Assembly (NCBI GenBank): GCA_963732315.1
Contig: CAVSYY010000012.1
Span: forward strand, 1,399 to 65,398
Direction of reading: 5' to 3'
Length of the DNA: 64,000 bases
DNA from: an uncultured Acidobacteriota bacterium
GTDB lineage: Bacteria; Acidobacteriota; Terriglobia; Terriglobales; Acidobacteriaceae
The position numbers and the translations under genes were made by a program. The notes beneath the pieces were generated by a model. It was not told where the DNA came from. It worked only from the letters and a program-made list of their open reading frames with translations, and searched no databases. Shown in pieces: positions 49,172 to 62,615 of the stretch (position 1 is the stretch's first letter; every line of letters begins with the position of its first letter).

Positions 49172-51920
49172 CTAAAGCTCGATATCTCCGTGGGCGAGTT
49201 CACCGCCGGTTTCCGTGACCCGGAAGCCGAGTTTCCTGCAGATGTGGTGCATCTCCTGGTCTTCTGCAAGCATGTTGCAGTGCACGTGTTTCAATCCTTC
49301 ATCGCGGGCCACTTCCAGAGCGCGGCGGAACAGGTCCGTGCCCAGTCCCTTGCCCTGGTAGTCATCGCGGATGATGACCGCGGTGTAGGCGGAGTTGGTG
49401 CCGTGCTGCTTGCTCATGCGGCTGACTCCGACAATCTCCGGCGAGCCCTTCCCATTTCTGGTCTCGGCTACCAGCGCCATCTGGCGGTCGTAGTCGATGA
49501 AGCAGATGTGGGTGAGGCGCTCGTGCGCGGTGCGCTGCCGCAGGTTCATGGGTTGGAAGTAGCGCTTGGTAACCGTGCGCTCGCTCAGCTTCTCGTGGAA
49601 TTTGACGATCGCGGGCTCGTCCTCCGGGCGGATCGGACGGACCGAAAGGACCTCGCCGTCTTCCAAGGTCATGGAGCCAACGTACTGGATCGGATAGGGA
49701 CGGATAGCAGTCTTGGGCAGCTTGTCCTCCGTCATCTCCGGCCCGTGCACCACCACGCGCGCGTCCAGCGCCAGCAAGCGCTCGGGCGAAGCCAGCAGAG
49801 GATTGATGTCGATCTCCTTGATCCAGGGCTGCTCGACCACCAGGTGGCTGAAGCGGACCAGCAGATCTTCCAGGGCCGCCAGATCGACGGCTTTGCGGCC
49901 GCGCACGCCCTTGAGCGCTTCGTAGACCTTGGTGTGCTCCATCATGCGGCGGGCCAGGGTACTGTTGAGCGGCGGCAGGCCCAGCGCGCTGTCCTTGTAA
50001 ACCTCGACCAGCTGACCGCCGGAGCCGAACAGAAGCACCGGGCCGAACTGCGGATCGAGCGAGGAGCCGAGGATGACTTCGTATCCTTCCAGCTTTGCCA
50101 TGGGCTGCACGGTGACGCCCAGGAAGTGGCCTTCGCCGGCCTTCTCGCGCACCGAGTCTCTCGATCTGCTTATACGATGTCCGGACCGCTTCAGCATTGC
50201 GGACATTGAGTTGCACGCCGCCTACGTCGGTCTTGTGGGTGATGGTCTCCGAGTGCAGCTTGAGCACCACCGGGTAGCCGATCTCGTCGGCGGCCTTGAC
50301 CGCTTCCTCCGCGGTGTGGGCAATGCGGGTCTCGGTAACCGGGATGCCGTAGGCCTTCAACAGCTCTTTCGACTCGAACTCGGTCAGGATGGTGCGGCCG
50401 GTCTGGCGCACGTGCTGAATGAGTTCGGAGGCTTTCTCGCGATCGATCTGAGCCGATTCCGGCTTCACGTCCGGCGTCTCGTACAGAGACTTCAGGTTCC
50501 TGGCGTACTGCCACATATAGTTAAACGCTGCGCAGGCAGCATCCGGATAGGCGAAGGTTGGAATGCCGGCGCGGTTCAGAATCTGTTCGCCATAGGAGAC
50601 CATCGAACCGCCCATCCAACTTGCCAGGAAGGGCTTGCCAAGGGAATTGGCATAAGGGCGCAGGTTCTCGGCGATACTGGTCGGGTCGGTCATGCCTTGC
50701 GGCGTCATGATGACGAGAATGCCGTCAGTTTCCGGGTCCTGCGCCGCGACTTCCAGCGCCTTGGCGTAGCGGTCCGGTTCGGCGTCGCCGAGAATGTCGA
50801 CGGGGTTGCCATGGCTCCATGCGAAGGGTAGGAACTCGTTGTACTTTGCCATCGCCTCCGGTGACACCTTGGAGAGTTTGCCGCCGCCTTTGGAGAGCGC
50901 GTCGGTCGCCAGCACGCCGGGACCGCCGGCATTGGTGACGATGCAAAGGCGATTGCCCTTGGGACGCGGCTGCTTGGCCAGCACCTCGGACATATTGAAT
51001 AGGTCCTGGATGGAATCGACGCGCAGCACGCCGGCGCGCTGGAAAGCGGCGTCCAACACGCCGTCGCTGCCGGTCAGCGAACCGGTGTGCGAGGCGGCGG
51101 CCTTGGCGGCCTCGGCAGTGCGTCCCGCCTTGATGACGATGATCGGCTTCTTCATGGAAACTTCGCGCGCGGCGCTGAGGAAGCTGCGCGGATCGCCGAT
51201 CGACTCCATGTAGGCCACGATCGAAGTGGTATGCGGATCGGTGCCGAAGTATGTAATCAGGTCGCCCCAGTCCACGTCCAGCATGGAACCGATGGAGATA
51301 AAGGTGCTGAAGCCGACCATCGCCTTGTAGGACCAGTCCAGTACAGCGGTACAGAGCGCGCCGCTCTGGCTGATGAAGGCAAGATTTCCAGGCCGCGCCA
51401 CGGTATGCGCGAAAGTGGCATTAAAACCGGTGAGTGGGTTCATCACGCCGAGGCAGTTAGGGCCAATCAAGCGCATCTTGCCCCGGATCGCTTCCTTGAT
51501 CTGGCGCTCGTACTCCACTCCCTTTTCACCTATTTCCTTGAATCCGGCGGAGATGACGATAGCCGCAGGAACTCCGAGGCCTACGGCATCCCGGATCAGC
51601 TCAGGGACGCCATCCGAGGGCGTGGTGACCACGATGCAATCGGGCCGCTCGGGAAGGTCATGAAGATTCTTGTAGGCGTGAATACCGAGGATGTTATCGC
51701 GCTTGGAGTTGACCGGGTAAACGGTGCCGCCGAACGGTGAGCCGATCATGTTGCTTAGGACCATGCGTCCCACACTGCCCACGCGGTCGGTGGCTCCAAT
51801 CAGGGCGACGGACTTGGGCTTAAACACCGCGTCCAGCGGAAGAGTATCAGGTCGTAGAAGGTCATGTGCCGGGTCAATGAGAAGCGCGGCATCGGGGCTA
51901 GGAGCTTTCAGCATAGTCAT
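49172..51920 (-). pseudogene. Pat-like bifunctional NDP-forming acyl-CoA synthetase / GNAT protein-lysine acetyltransferase, frame broken by one extra base
   Basis: The N-terminal frame (49362..51920 ORF) is genuine up to ...[13 protein letters not shown] and then becomes Arg/Pro/Gly junk. The genuine sequence resumes in the +1 frame (49172..50206 ORF) at ...[19 protein letters not shown] through a C-terminal GNAT domain. The junction lies in a GAGAGAC context at about 50153-50162. Confidence 0.8.
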
Positions 51921-52282
51921 TTGGCTACTCCAAATTAGTTATGATTAGATCTTTCGACAGTCACGACAGTTACGGTGACTACAGAGAACACACTAATGAC
52001 TGAGAAGCGGCTACTTTCGGAACCCACACATCCGCTATGCGTGCACACCAATACATCTCTCACGCGGCCGCCTTGCTCAACCGCTGATGTCTGCATTCGG
52101 GCATTCAGGTACGCTGCTTGCTGGAGCGCCAAAATGCGGACTATACCATATCACACAGCTCTACCTCGTCCGGTACCGCTGGGGTCCTAAATTCTTTATC
52201 TGTATATTTCACTCCAAGCGAGCCCGGATGTCCGGACTTGGCCTGCAGTACCGCGTCAAGCGAAAGCGCGCGAACAACCGCT

Positions 52283-53683
52283 CTAAGCCGCGATGCGGAA
52301 ATCCTCTGCGTCCGTGGCGACGGGGTTATGCCAGCCTCCGGTCAGCGAAATTTTCTGGTCGACCTCACTCGGCCCCCAGGTGCCTGGCTCGTATTCATAA
52401 ATGGGAGAGTTGGCCTTTAATACCGGATCGACGATTCGCCATGCTTCCTCCACGTAATCCTGCCGGGCAAACAGAGTGGGATCTCCTGCCATGGCCTCGC
52501 CCAGCACTCGCTCATAGGCTTCCATCTCCTCCGGACGGGGATGGCGGCTGGCCACCATCTCGATGGTCTCGCCTTTCATAGCCTCGCCGGGAGTCATAAC
52601 CATGGCGCCCATGGCGATCGTCATCTCGGGACTGATCCGGAATCGCAGATAGTTTTGCGTCAAAGCACTCTCGCTAATGACTGCGGGCGGCTTGCGTAAA
52701 CGGCCGAGAATCTCCGTACAGGTCACAGGCAGGTTCTTGCCCGCGCGAATGTAGAACGGAACTCCCTTCCAGCGCCAGGAATCAAGCTCCAGCCGCAGTG
52801 CGGCGAAGGTTTCCGTCTTCGAATTGGTTGCAACGCCCTTTTCCTGAAGGTAGCCGCGGAACTGCCCGCGGACGAGATGTTCCGCTTCCAGCGGTGGAAT
52901 CGATTTCAATACCTTCACCTTCTCGTCGCGAATGCTCTCACTGTCCGTGCGGACGGCAGGCTCCATGGCCAGGTTGCAGAGGATTTGAAAGAGATGATTC
53001 TGGATCACGTCGCGAATCGTGCCGACTTCATCATAGAAGGCGCCGCGTCCCTGCACTCCGAAATCTTCCGCCATGGTGATCTGCACGCTTTCGATGTAGT
53101 TGCGATTCCAGAACGGTTCCATGAACGCATTGGCGAAGCGGAAGAACACCACATTGTTCACGGGTCGCTTGCCAAGATAGTGGTCGATGCGGAAGATTGC
53201 GGACTCGGGAAAGGCCGAGTGCAAGATCCGGTTCAGCTCCTGCGCAGAAGCGAGATCACGGCCGAAGGGCTTCTCGACGATGACACGGGCACCCTGCGCG
53301 CAGCCCGCGTTCGCAAGTTGTTTTACCACGGTTTCGAACAAGAGGGGTGGGATAGCCAGATAATGCGCCGGGTGTTGGGCTCCCTTGAGTTCGCCGCGGA
53401 GCGCCTGAAAAGTTGTCGGGTCCGCGTAGTCGCCGTCCACGTAACGCAGTAAGCCGCTCAGCTTATCGAATGCCGCGGCATCAACCCCGCCGTGTTTTTC
53501 CAGGCTGTCGTGCGCTCGCGCCCGAAGCTGTTCCAGGTTCCAGCCGGCCTTGGCGACGCCGATGACAGGCACGTCAAGGTGGCCGCGCTTCAGCATGGCC
53601 TGCAGCGCAGGGAAGATCTTCTTGTAGGCCAGATCGCCCGTGGCGCCGAAGAAGACCAGAGCATCGGCATGTGGATTCGTCAT
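52283..53683 (-). CDS. zwf: Glucose-6-phosphate dehydrogenase
   Basis: [24 protein letters not shown], and the [16 protein letters not shown] region. Confidence 0.9.
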   Translation of the reverse strand: MTNPHADALVFFGATGDLAYKKIFPALQAMLKRGHLDVPVIGVAKAGWNLEQLRARAHDSLEKHGGVDAAAFDKLSGLLRYVDGDYADPTTFQALRGELKGAQHPAHYLAIPPLLFETVVKQLANAGCAQGARVIVEKPFGRDLASAQELNRILHSAFPESAIFRIDHYLGKRPVNNVVFFRFANAFMEPFWNRNYIESVQITMAEDFGVQGRGAFYDEVGTIRDVIQNHLFQILCNLAMEPAVRTDSESIRDEKVKVLKSIPPLEAEHLVRGQFRGYLQEKGVATNSKTETFAALRLELDSWRWKGVPFYIRAGKNLPVTCTEILGRLRKPPAVISESALTQNYLRFRISPEMTIAMGAMVMTPGEAMKGETIEMVASRHPRPEEMEAYERVLGEAMAGDPTLFARQDYVEEAWRIVDPVLKANSPIYEYEPGTWGPSEVDQKISLTGGWHNPVATDAEDFRIAA

Positions 53684-53695
53684 TGGTTCACTCCT

Positions 53696-54730
53696 TTACG
53701 CGGCCTCTGTCTTGTCCTTCGGTTTTTCCAGGTGTCCGCCGAAGCCGAAGCGCATCGCCGAGAGCAACTTGTCCGGGTAATCCGCCTCACCGCGCGAGCT
53801 GAAGCGCTGGTAAAGCGCGGCGGAGAGAACCGGCGCCGGCACCGCCTCGTCGATTGCCGCCTTGATCGTCCACCGGCCTTCGCCCGAGTCCGAAACACGC
53901 CCGCTGAACTGGGAGAGATTGGGATCGTTCACCAGACTGGCCGCGGTCAGGTCCAGCAGCCACGATGCGATTACGCTGCCGCGCCGCCATACTTCCGCAA
54001 TGTCGCGCAAATCGAGGTCAAACTGATAATGCTCGGGGTCGCGCAGCGGCGTCGTTTCTGCGTCAGCCGCATGCTGCTGCCTGCCCACGTTGGCGCCGCG
54101 CAAGATGCCCAAGCCCTCGGCGTAGGCAGCCATGAGACCGTACTCGATGCCGTTGTGGACCATCTTGACGAAGTGTCCGGCGCCGCTGGCGCCGCAGTGC
54201 AGGTAACCCTGTTCGGCAGTGCCGTCCAACTTTTCCCGCCCCGGCGTGCGCGGCGCGTCACCGGCGCCGGGCGCCAGCGTGGCGAAAATCGGATCGAGAT
54301 GGCGAACCACGTTCTGTTCGCCGCCGATCATCATGCAGTAGCCGCGCTCCAAGCCCCACACGCCGCCGCTGGTCCCCACGTCCACGTAGTGAATGCTCCT
54401 GGCCGCCAGCTCTTTGGCACGCCGAATGTCATCCACGTAATAGGAATTGCCGCCATCGATGAGGATGTCTTCCGGGTCAAGATGAGGCACCAGGGCCGCG
54501 ATGGTGGTGTCCACGACCGCTGCTGGAACCATCAACCAAATCGCCCGAGGCTTCTCCAGCTTGGTCACGAAATCCTGCAGCGAAGAGCTGCCCGTCGCAT
54601 TCTCCTTGACCATCTCATTCACTGCTGCCGGCGACATATCGAATACCGCGCACTGATGGCCGCCCTTCAGGAGCCGCCGAACCATGTTGGCCCCCATTCT
54701 TCCCAGCCCAACCATTCCAAGTTGCATCAC
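53696..54730 (-). CDS. gnd: 6-phosphogluconate dehydrogenase, decarboxylating (short form)
   Basis: [20 protein letters not shown] Rossmann start. [29 protein letters not shown]. Confidence 0.9.
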   Translation of the reverse strand: MMQLGMVGLGRMGANMVRRLLKGGHQCAVFDMSPAAVNEMVKENATGSSSLQDFVTKLEKPRAIWLMVPAAVVDTTIAALVPHLDPEDILIDGGNSYYVDDIRRAKELAARSIHYVDVGTSGGVWGLERGYCMMIGGEQNVVRHLDPIFATLAPGAGDAPRTPGREKLDGTAEQGYLHCGASGAGHFVKMVHNGIEYGLMAAYAEGLGILRGANVGRQQHAADAETTPLRDPEHYQFDLDLRDIAEVWRRGSVIASWLLDLTAASLVNDPNLSQFSGRVSDSGEGRWTIKAAIDEAVPAPVLSAALYQRFSSRGEADYPDKLLSAMRFGFGGHLEKPKDKTEAA

Positions 54731-54760
54731 TTGCTCCTTTTCGAATGTCGTTGCACGGCT

Positions 54761-56443
<1,683 letters not shown>

Positions 56444-56465
56444 CGTAGTGCTCCTTTGATTTCGG

Positions 56466-57552
56466 CTAGGCCGCTTTGAGAGCGGCGCTCTTGGAATCGA
56501 TCACCGCCATCAGATCGTTCCAGGACTGAACAAAGGACTTTGCGCCTTCCTCCTGAAGCTGGGCAGCCAGCGCGTCGGCGTCGATGCCGGCCTTGGCAAA
56601 CTGCGCCAGCACTTCCTCGCAGTCGCCGCCGTCGGCCGGCAGGATCGTGCCCAATTCGCCATGATCGGCCAGGGCTTTCAGCGTAGCATCCGGCATGGTG
56701 TTGACCGTGAATGGCGCCGCGAGCGCCTTGACGTACAGTACGTCGGATGCCTTGGGATCCTTGGTTCCCGTGCTGGCCCATAGCAGCCTTTGCGGGCGGG
56801 CACCGGCGTTGAAGACGCGCTGCCAGCGGAGGTGAATCCAGCAACTCGCGGTAAGCCTTGTAGGTACGTTTGGCGATGGCGATGCCGAGTTGGTCGCGCA
56901 GTGAGTCAGGCACTTTGTTGCGCCACCGCAACGTCCCAGCGGCTGATGAAGATGGAGGCGACCGAGCCGACATCGGGGTCGAGTCCGGCCTCGATGCGCC
57001 GCTCGATGCCGCGCAAGAATGCCTCGGCGGCTGCCAGATACTGCTCGCGCGAGAACAGCAGGGTGACGTTGATCGGAACGCCGGCAAAGATGGCTTCCTC
57101 GATCGCGGGCAGGCCTTCTTTGGTGCCGGGAATTTTGATGAGAAGATTGTGCTGTCCGGCCCGCGCGTGATAGATCCTTGGCCGCGGCCAGGCTGCTGGC
57201 TGTGTCATAGGCCAGCAAGGGAGACACTTCGAGCGACACCCAGCCGTCCACGCCGTTCGTCCGGTCGTGGACTGGTCGAAACAAGGCGGCGGCTTGCGTG
57301 AGGTCCTCCAGCGCCAGTTCGAAGAAGAGCGCCTCGCCCGATTTGCCCCTGCTCAGCTTCTCGCGGATCGCCAGAGTCGTAAGCCGTGCTGTTCTTGATC
57401 GCGTGGTCGAAGATCGTCGGATTAGAGGTAAGCCCCGTGACCGAGAGTTCGGTGATGTAGCGCTGAAGCGTGCCGCTGTCCAGCAGATCGCGCGTGATGT
57501 TATCGAGCCAGATGCTCTGGCCCAGATCGTGGAGCAATTGTGTCGCTTTCAT
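56466..57552 (-). pseudogene. tal: Transaldolase with four single-base insertions (otherwise well conserved)
   Basis: Five colinear in-frame segments on the minus strand. (1) [22 protein letters not shown]...NSTAYDS. (2) [24 protein letters not shown]...[28 protein letters not shown]. (3) HARAGQHNLLIKIPGTKEGLPAIEEAIFAGVPINVTLLFS...SRWDVAVA. (4) NKVPDSLRDQLGIAIAKRTYKAYRELLDSP. (5) RWQRVFNAGARPQRLLWASTGTKDP...ALKAA*. Each junction needs one base skipped, at about 57371, 57170, 56920 and 56828. Confidence 0.85.
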
Positions 57553-57619
57553 GACTCACTCCTATCTCGCCTCCAAGCAGATCGCTTTCCGACGTCGTCT
57601 GCCTTGCCTGCCAGCAGCA

Positions 57620-59396
57620 TTAGGCGGATGCCTCCAGCGCGTTCTTGACGATCTCCTGGGCCTCGGCGACGATCGCGTTCAGGTGGCTTTCGTCCCGGAA
57701 GCTCTCCGCGTAGATCTTGTAAATGTTCTCCGTGCCGGAGGGGCGGGCGGCAAACCAGCCGGTCGCGAGCCACCACTTTCAATCCGCCAATGGGGGCATC
57801 GTTGCCCGGAGCGCGGGTCAACTTGGCGGTAATCGGCTCGCCTGCCAAGTCCGATGCCTTGACCGCCTCCGGCGACAGCTTTCCCAGCTTCGCTTTCTGC
57901 TCGGGAGTCGCTGCTGCATCGATGCGCGTGTAGTAGGGAGTGCCGAACTCCGCGGTGAGTTCGCGATAGTGCTCGCTCGGGTCCTTGCCGGTCCGCGCGG
58001 TGATCTCGGCCGCCAGCAGGTCCATGATTAGGCCGTCCTTATCGGTGGCCCACGCGCTTCCGTCCCGCCGCAGGAAACTCGCGCCCGCGCTCTCTTCGCC
58101 GCCGAAACAGCACGAGCCATCGAATAAACCCGGCGTGAACCACTTGAAGCCCACGGGAACCTCGGAGAGCCTGCGGCCAAGTTTATGTACCACCCGGTCG
58201 ATCATGCTGCTGCTCACCACGGTCTTGCCCACCGCCGCGTTCTTGGGCCATTCCGGACGCTCCGTGAGCAGGTAACCGATGGCAACGGCCAGGTATTGAT
58301 TCGGGTTCATCAAGCCGGCAGAGGGCGTCACGATTCCGTGCCGGTCGGAGTCGGGGTCATTGGCAAAGGCGACGCGGTACTGGTCCTTGAGTCCGACCAG
58401 CCGGGCCATCGCGTACGGACTGGAACAGTCCATGCGGATCTTGCCGTCGTGATCCACGGTCATGAACGAAAAGGTCGGGTCGATCTTCGTGTTCACGACA
58501 GTGACGTCGAGTTGGTAGATGGAATTGATCGGCTCCCAGTAAGGCAGTGAAGAGCCGCCCAGCGGGTCCACCCCCAACTTAAGGCCGGCGGCACGAATGC
58601 TGTCCATGTCGATCACGTTCCTCAGATCGCGGACATAGGGCAGGATGAAGTCTTCCTGATGCGTGCTGCCGGATTGGATCGCTGCTCTGAGCGGTACCTG
58701 CTTTACCCCCGCGTTGCCCTCGCGAAGCAGTTCGTTCGCCCGGTCTTCGATCCATCGCGTCACGTCGGTATCGGCCGGACCGCCGTTGGTCGGGTTGTAC
58801 TTGAAGCCGCCATCCTCGGGAGGATTGTGCGAGGGCGTTATGACGATACCATCGGACAGGTGATCCTTGCGGCCGCGGTTGTAAACCAGAATGGCGTGCG
58901 AGATGACCGGCGTCGGAGTCACGCCGTCGTCTGGCTGGATGATCGTCTGCACGCCGTTGGCTGCCAGAACCTCAAGCGCGGTATTCTGCGCGGGACCGGA
59001 GAGCGCGTGCGTGTCTTTGCCCATGTACAGTGGTCCGTCCGTGCCACGACGGCGACGGTAATCGCAGATCGCCTGCGTAATGGCCAGGATGTGGGCTTCC
59101 GTGAACGATCCTCGCAGCGACGAGCCGCGATGTCCGCTGGTGCCGAAGCTCACCATCTGATTCGGGTCTTCGACATTGGGCCGGCGCTCGAAATATTCCC
59201 TTTGCAGCCGGGCCACATCCACCAGCATATCTTTGGTTGCAGGCTGGCCCGCCAGAGGAGAGATCGCCTCCAGGTTTTTCGCTGCATCCGGCCCGGACGG
59301 CACCTCGGTCTCACTACGCATGATTCCACCCTTCAAATATCCGCTGTGTATTGGATGATGGTGCGGTCCCGGAGAATTTACCGCCGTCCGCCACAT
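57620..59396 (-). pseudogene. pgm: Phosphoglucomutase (alpha-D-glucose-phosphate specific) with one single-base insertion near the 3' end
   Basis: [11 protein letters not shown] active-site loop and colinear Pgm motifs. After ...[12 protein letters not shown] the annotated frame turns to junk. The +1 frame gives [46 protein letters not shown] ending at 57620. Junction about 57761. The likely start is the ATG at 59321 (MRSETEVP). Confidence 0.85.
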
Positions 59397-59890
59397 TTAA
59401 GCCTATAAGCTAAACGAATAAGCCCAGATTTCTGTTGCACGCACACCCCAGAGCCGAAGTGCAATGCTTCCGGCCACTGCTATCCTTCGGTGCCGCGACC
59501 CTAATCATCCCTAGTTCCATTCGGACGCGGCGCTCGGGGATGCTCCGAGTGATGCTTGCGCTCGCTGGCGTGATGCCTTTCCCGCAGACCCCCGGGCGCA
59601 GCCGTTTTTTGAACGGCACATCGAGCGCACTTTCCGATCTGTTGAGTTCGGAACAAAGGGTTAGTCGTCTTAACGAGCAATTCACAATCATTTCAAAATA
59701 GACCGTAGCCGCTCATGCTGAATTGAAGCGCTCACCCTCTTACGGAGTGGAGTTCGAGCGTGAGTACCAGCTTGCTCCGCAGTCAATATACACGCACCGT
59801 AGGCTCCGGTGCTTTGCTTGAATTCAGCCGTGGTAGGCTGTGACGTAAGGTTTGTCACGGTTTCCGGCATTCGAGCTGTGAGGAAGAACT

Positions 59891-61756
59891 ATGGGAGTAG
59901 TCGATCTTCTGTTTGGGCGTCCGCTGGCGTCCAGTGAGGACCAGGGAGAGAGGATTACGCCATCACAAGGCGTTCCGACCTTCGGGCTGGACGCATTAAG
60001 TTCGGCCGCGTACGGTCCGGAAGCGGCATTGACAATCTTATTGCCTCTCGGCCTCGCGGGCGCTCATTATGTTGTTCCCTTGACCGGCGCCATCATCGTG
60101 CTGCTGCTGATTGTCTACTTCAGCTATCGACAAACCATAGCGGCTTATCCGAGCGGGGGCGGCTCCTACACGGTAGCCAAAGAAAACCTGGGCCCCGGAG
60201 CAGGTTTGTTGGCAGCGGCGGCACTGATGATTGACTATCTGCTGAACGTGGCCGTGGGAATTTCCGCCGGGATTGGAGCCCTGGTTTCGGCGGTGCCCTG
60301 GTTGCAGAGATACACCCTGCCGATGTGTCTGGCGGTGCTGGCAATCCTGACCGTTGTGAACCTGCGCGGAGTTCGTGAAGCTGGATCCGCATTTATCGCG
60401 CCCACCTATCTTTTTGTCGGCACCCTGGGCGTGGTGATCGCGATGGGCATTTTCAAGGTGATCATGACGGGAGGACATCCCCATGCCCTGGCGCCGCCCC
60501 CTCATGCACCGGTGGCAGCGGCGGGGACCGTGGGACTTTGGTTGCTGCTGAGAGCTTTTGCCAGCGGCTGCACCGCGCTGACCGGCGTGGAAGCGGTGAG
60601 CAACGGCGTGCAGGCGTTCCGTGAGCCTGTGGTGCCCGCAGCGCGAAAGACCTTGACCATCATTGTGCTGACGTTGATTGGCCTGCTGGGCGGTATCGCG
60701 GGCCTGGTGTACTTCTACGGCATTTCGGCGACAGATCCAGGCCAGCCGGGCTACCAGAGCGTGCTGTCGCTGGTCGCCGCGGCGGTGGCTGGCAGGGGAG
60801 CACTGTATGGTCTGACAATGTTTTCCGTCCTGCTGGTGCTTTGTCTTTCCGCGAATACCTCGTTCGCGGACTTTCCCCGATTGTGCCGCGCCGTCGCCAT
60901 GGACGACTACCTGCCGCACTCGCTTACGGTGCGCGGCCGCCGGCTAGTGTACTCCCAGGGCATCGGCGTGTTGGCTTTGCTGGCGGCTGTATTGCTCATC
61001 ATCTTCGGAGGTATCACCGATCGTTTGATACCGCTCTTCGCTGTGGGAGCCTTTCTGGCGTTCACTCTCTCGCAGGCGGGCATGGTGGTACATTGGCGAA
61101 AAAACAATGGGTCGTTCCATCATCTGCTGATCAACGGAATCGGGGCGGCGGCAACCGGAGTGACCGTCGTCGTGGTGGTCGCCGCCAAATTCACCCAGGG
61201 CGCGTGGATCGTAGTGTTGTTATTGCCGGCGGCGATTTTACTCATGGCGCGCGTACGGCGTCACTACCGCTTGGTAACGCGAGAGACCGAGGCCAAAGGG
61301 AGCCTGCTTGGAACCAACAACCAGCACCCGCCCATCGTGATTGTGCCCATCGATCAATGGAATGCGGCGGCCCAGAAGACCTTGCGCTTTGCCATGACGC
61401 TCTCTCCGGATGTGCATGCCGTGCACGTGGCCTGCGGGGAGGACGACAGTATCGCAGCGCAGTGGCAGAGCACGGTGGAACAGCCGGCGCTCGAAGCCGG
61501 AGCGCCAGTTCCACTTCTGATCACCCTGAGTTCCCCTTACCGGCTGGTCCTCCAGCCTGTCGTGGACTACGTATTGCAGGTCGAAAAGGAAAATCGCCAT
61601 CGGACGGTCGCAGTGGCGATCTCCACCATGGTTGAGCGCCACTGGTACCACTATTTCCTGCACAATCAACGGAGCGAGGTGCTGACCGCGATGCTGCTCC
61701 TGGGCGGAGACAGGCGCATCAACATCATCAATGTGCCATGGTATCTGCGCGCTTGA
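59891..61756 (+). CDS. APC-superfamily amino acid/polyamine permease with a ~190-aa cytoplasmic C-terminal domain
   Basis: 621 aa. 12 TM segments with an APC-type N-terminus (GVPTFGLDALSSAAYGPEA). A soluble C-terminal region of unknown function. Confidence 0.8.
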   Translation: MGVVDLLFGRPLASSEDQGERITPSQGVPTFGLDALSSAAYGPEAALTILLPLGLAGAHYVVPLTGAIIVLLLIVYFSYRQTIAAYPSGGGSYTVAKENLGPGAGLLAAAALMIDYLLNVAVGISAGIGALVSAVPWLQRYTLPMCLAVLAILTVVNLRGVREAGSAFIAPTYLFVGTLGVVIAMGIFKVIMTGGHPHALAPPPHAPVAAAGTVGLWLLLRAFASGCTALTGVEAVSNGVQAFREPVVPAARKTLTIIVLTLIGLLGGIAGLVYFYGISATDPGQPGYQSVLSLVAAAVAGRGALYGLTMFSVLLVLCLSANTSFADFPRLCRAVAMDDYLPHSLTVRGRRLVYSQGIGVLALLAAVLLIIFGGITDRLIPLFAVGAFLAFTLSQAGMVVHWRKNNGSFHHLLINGIGAAATGVTVVVVVAAKFTQGAWIVVLLLPAAILLMARVRRHYRLVTRETEAKGSLLGTNNQHPPIVIVPIDQWNAAAQKTLRFAMTLSPDVHAVHVACGEDDSIAAQWQSTVEQPALEAGAPVPLLITLSSPYRLVLQPVVDYVLQVEKENRHRTVAVAISTMVERHWYHYFLHNQRSEVLTAMLLLGGDRRINIINVPWYLRA

Positions 61757-61821
61757 CCGGGCTCCAGCAGACTCGCAATTCGTCCGCCTGGCGGTCGAGA
61801 ACCTCAAGAAATGAAATCGCC

Positions 61822-62022
61822 CTATCTCTTTGTCGGGGTCGTATGTTCCCATTCGCTTTCAATCGCCACGGCCATTAGTTCGTGTTTGGCACGCTCGGCC
61901 AGCGTATCGTTTTCCGTGTGGCACGCACACACGTACTGATTCAGCAGGTTGTTAAGCTTGTGAATATTAGCTCCGGTTTGATTCCGTTGGACAGCAACGA
62001 TCAGTCCCCAATCTGGTTTCAT
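61822..62022 (-). CDS. Orphan small ORF in a low-GC patch (hypothetical)
   Basis: 66 aa with no motif recognised. Lower GC than its surroundings. Could be non-coding. Confidence 0.25.
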   Translation of the reverse strand: MKPDWGLIVAVQRNQTGANIHKLNNLLNQYVCACHTENDTLAERAKHELMAVAIESEWEHTTPTKR

Positions 62023-62063
62023 ACTTTATCGCCCTAAGTCACAATCGACCCCGGTATTCACGT

Positions 62064-62615
62064 TCAGTCACTATGTTCGATGGTGCCGTCGTCTCGCGCA
62101 GTTAGAGGTCTCTGGGGCTCTGAACCATGACGGTAAACATGGCAGAGCATACCTCTCGCTGTATGGGCCACCAGCAAACGATCTATGACGGATTGTTCCG
62201 AGGTTCCTTGCGGGTCAAATACCACCTGTGCAGCTTTCTCAGTGAGAGTGCTGGTGGATATGGCGGCAATAGTAGCCATCGTGGTGGAGCAGGTCAATGA
62301 CTCGAAATCGGTGCAAAACCCGGTTTTCGCACCACCTTTGCACCCCTTTTTCACAGTTCATCGCCTGCAACCAGCAGCATTGCTTTTGCTCAAAATGAGC
62401 TGCGAGACTTGCACCTGTGAAGAGGCAATGAGCATATCGTCACCGCCCGGCTTCAAAACAAATGCGGAAGCCAATGTGCGCCGATTTGTTATCCGGGGCG
62501 CCCACGACTGATGAAAAGCCGCACCAGAGAATAAAGCGGTTATTTCAGGTTCTCTGTGCACCTTCAGTTCACCCAAAGCCAAAAACAGCAAATTGGTAGG
62601 TCGGCTGTCGATCAT
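62064..62615 (-). other. Orphan ~183-codon reading frame interrupted by one in-frame TGA (pseudogene or recoding candidate)
   Basis: ORFs 62358..62615 and 62064..62354 are in the same frame, separated only by TGA (62358-62360) and one codon. No family recognised. Low GC. Confidence 0.3.
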
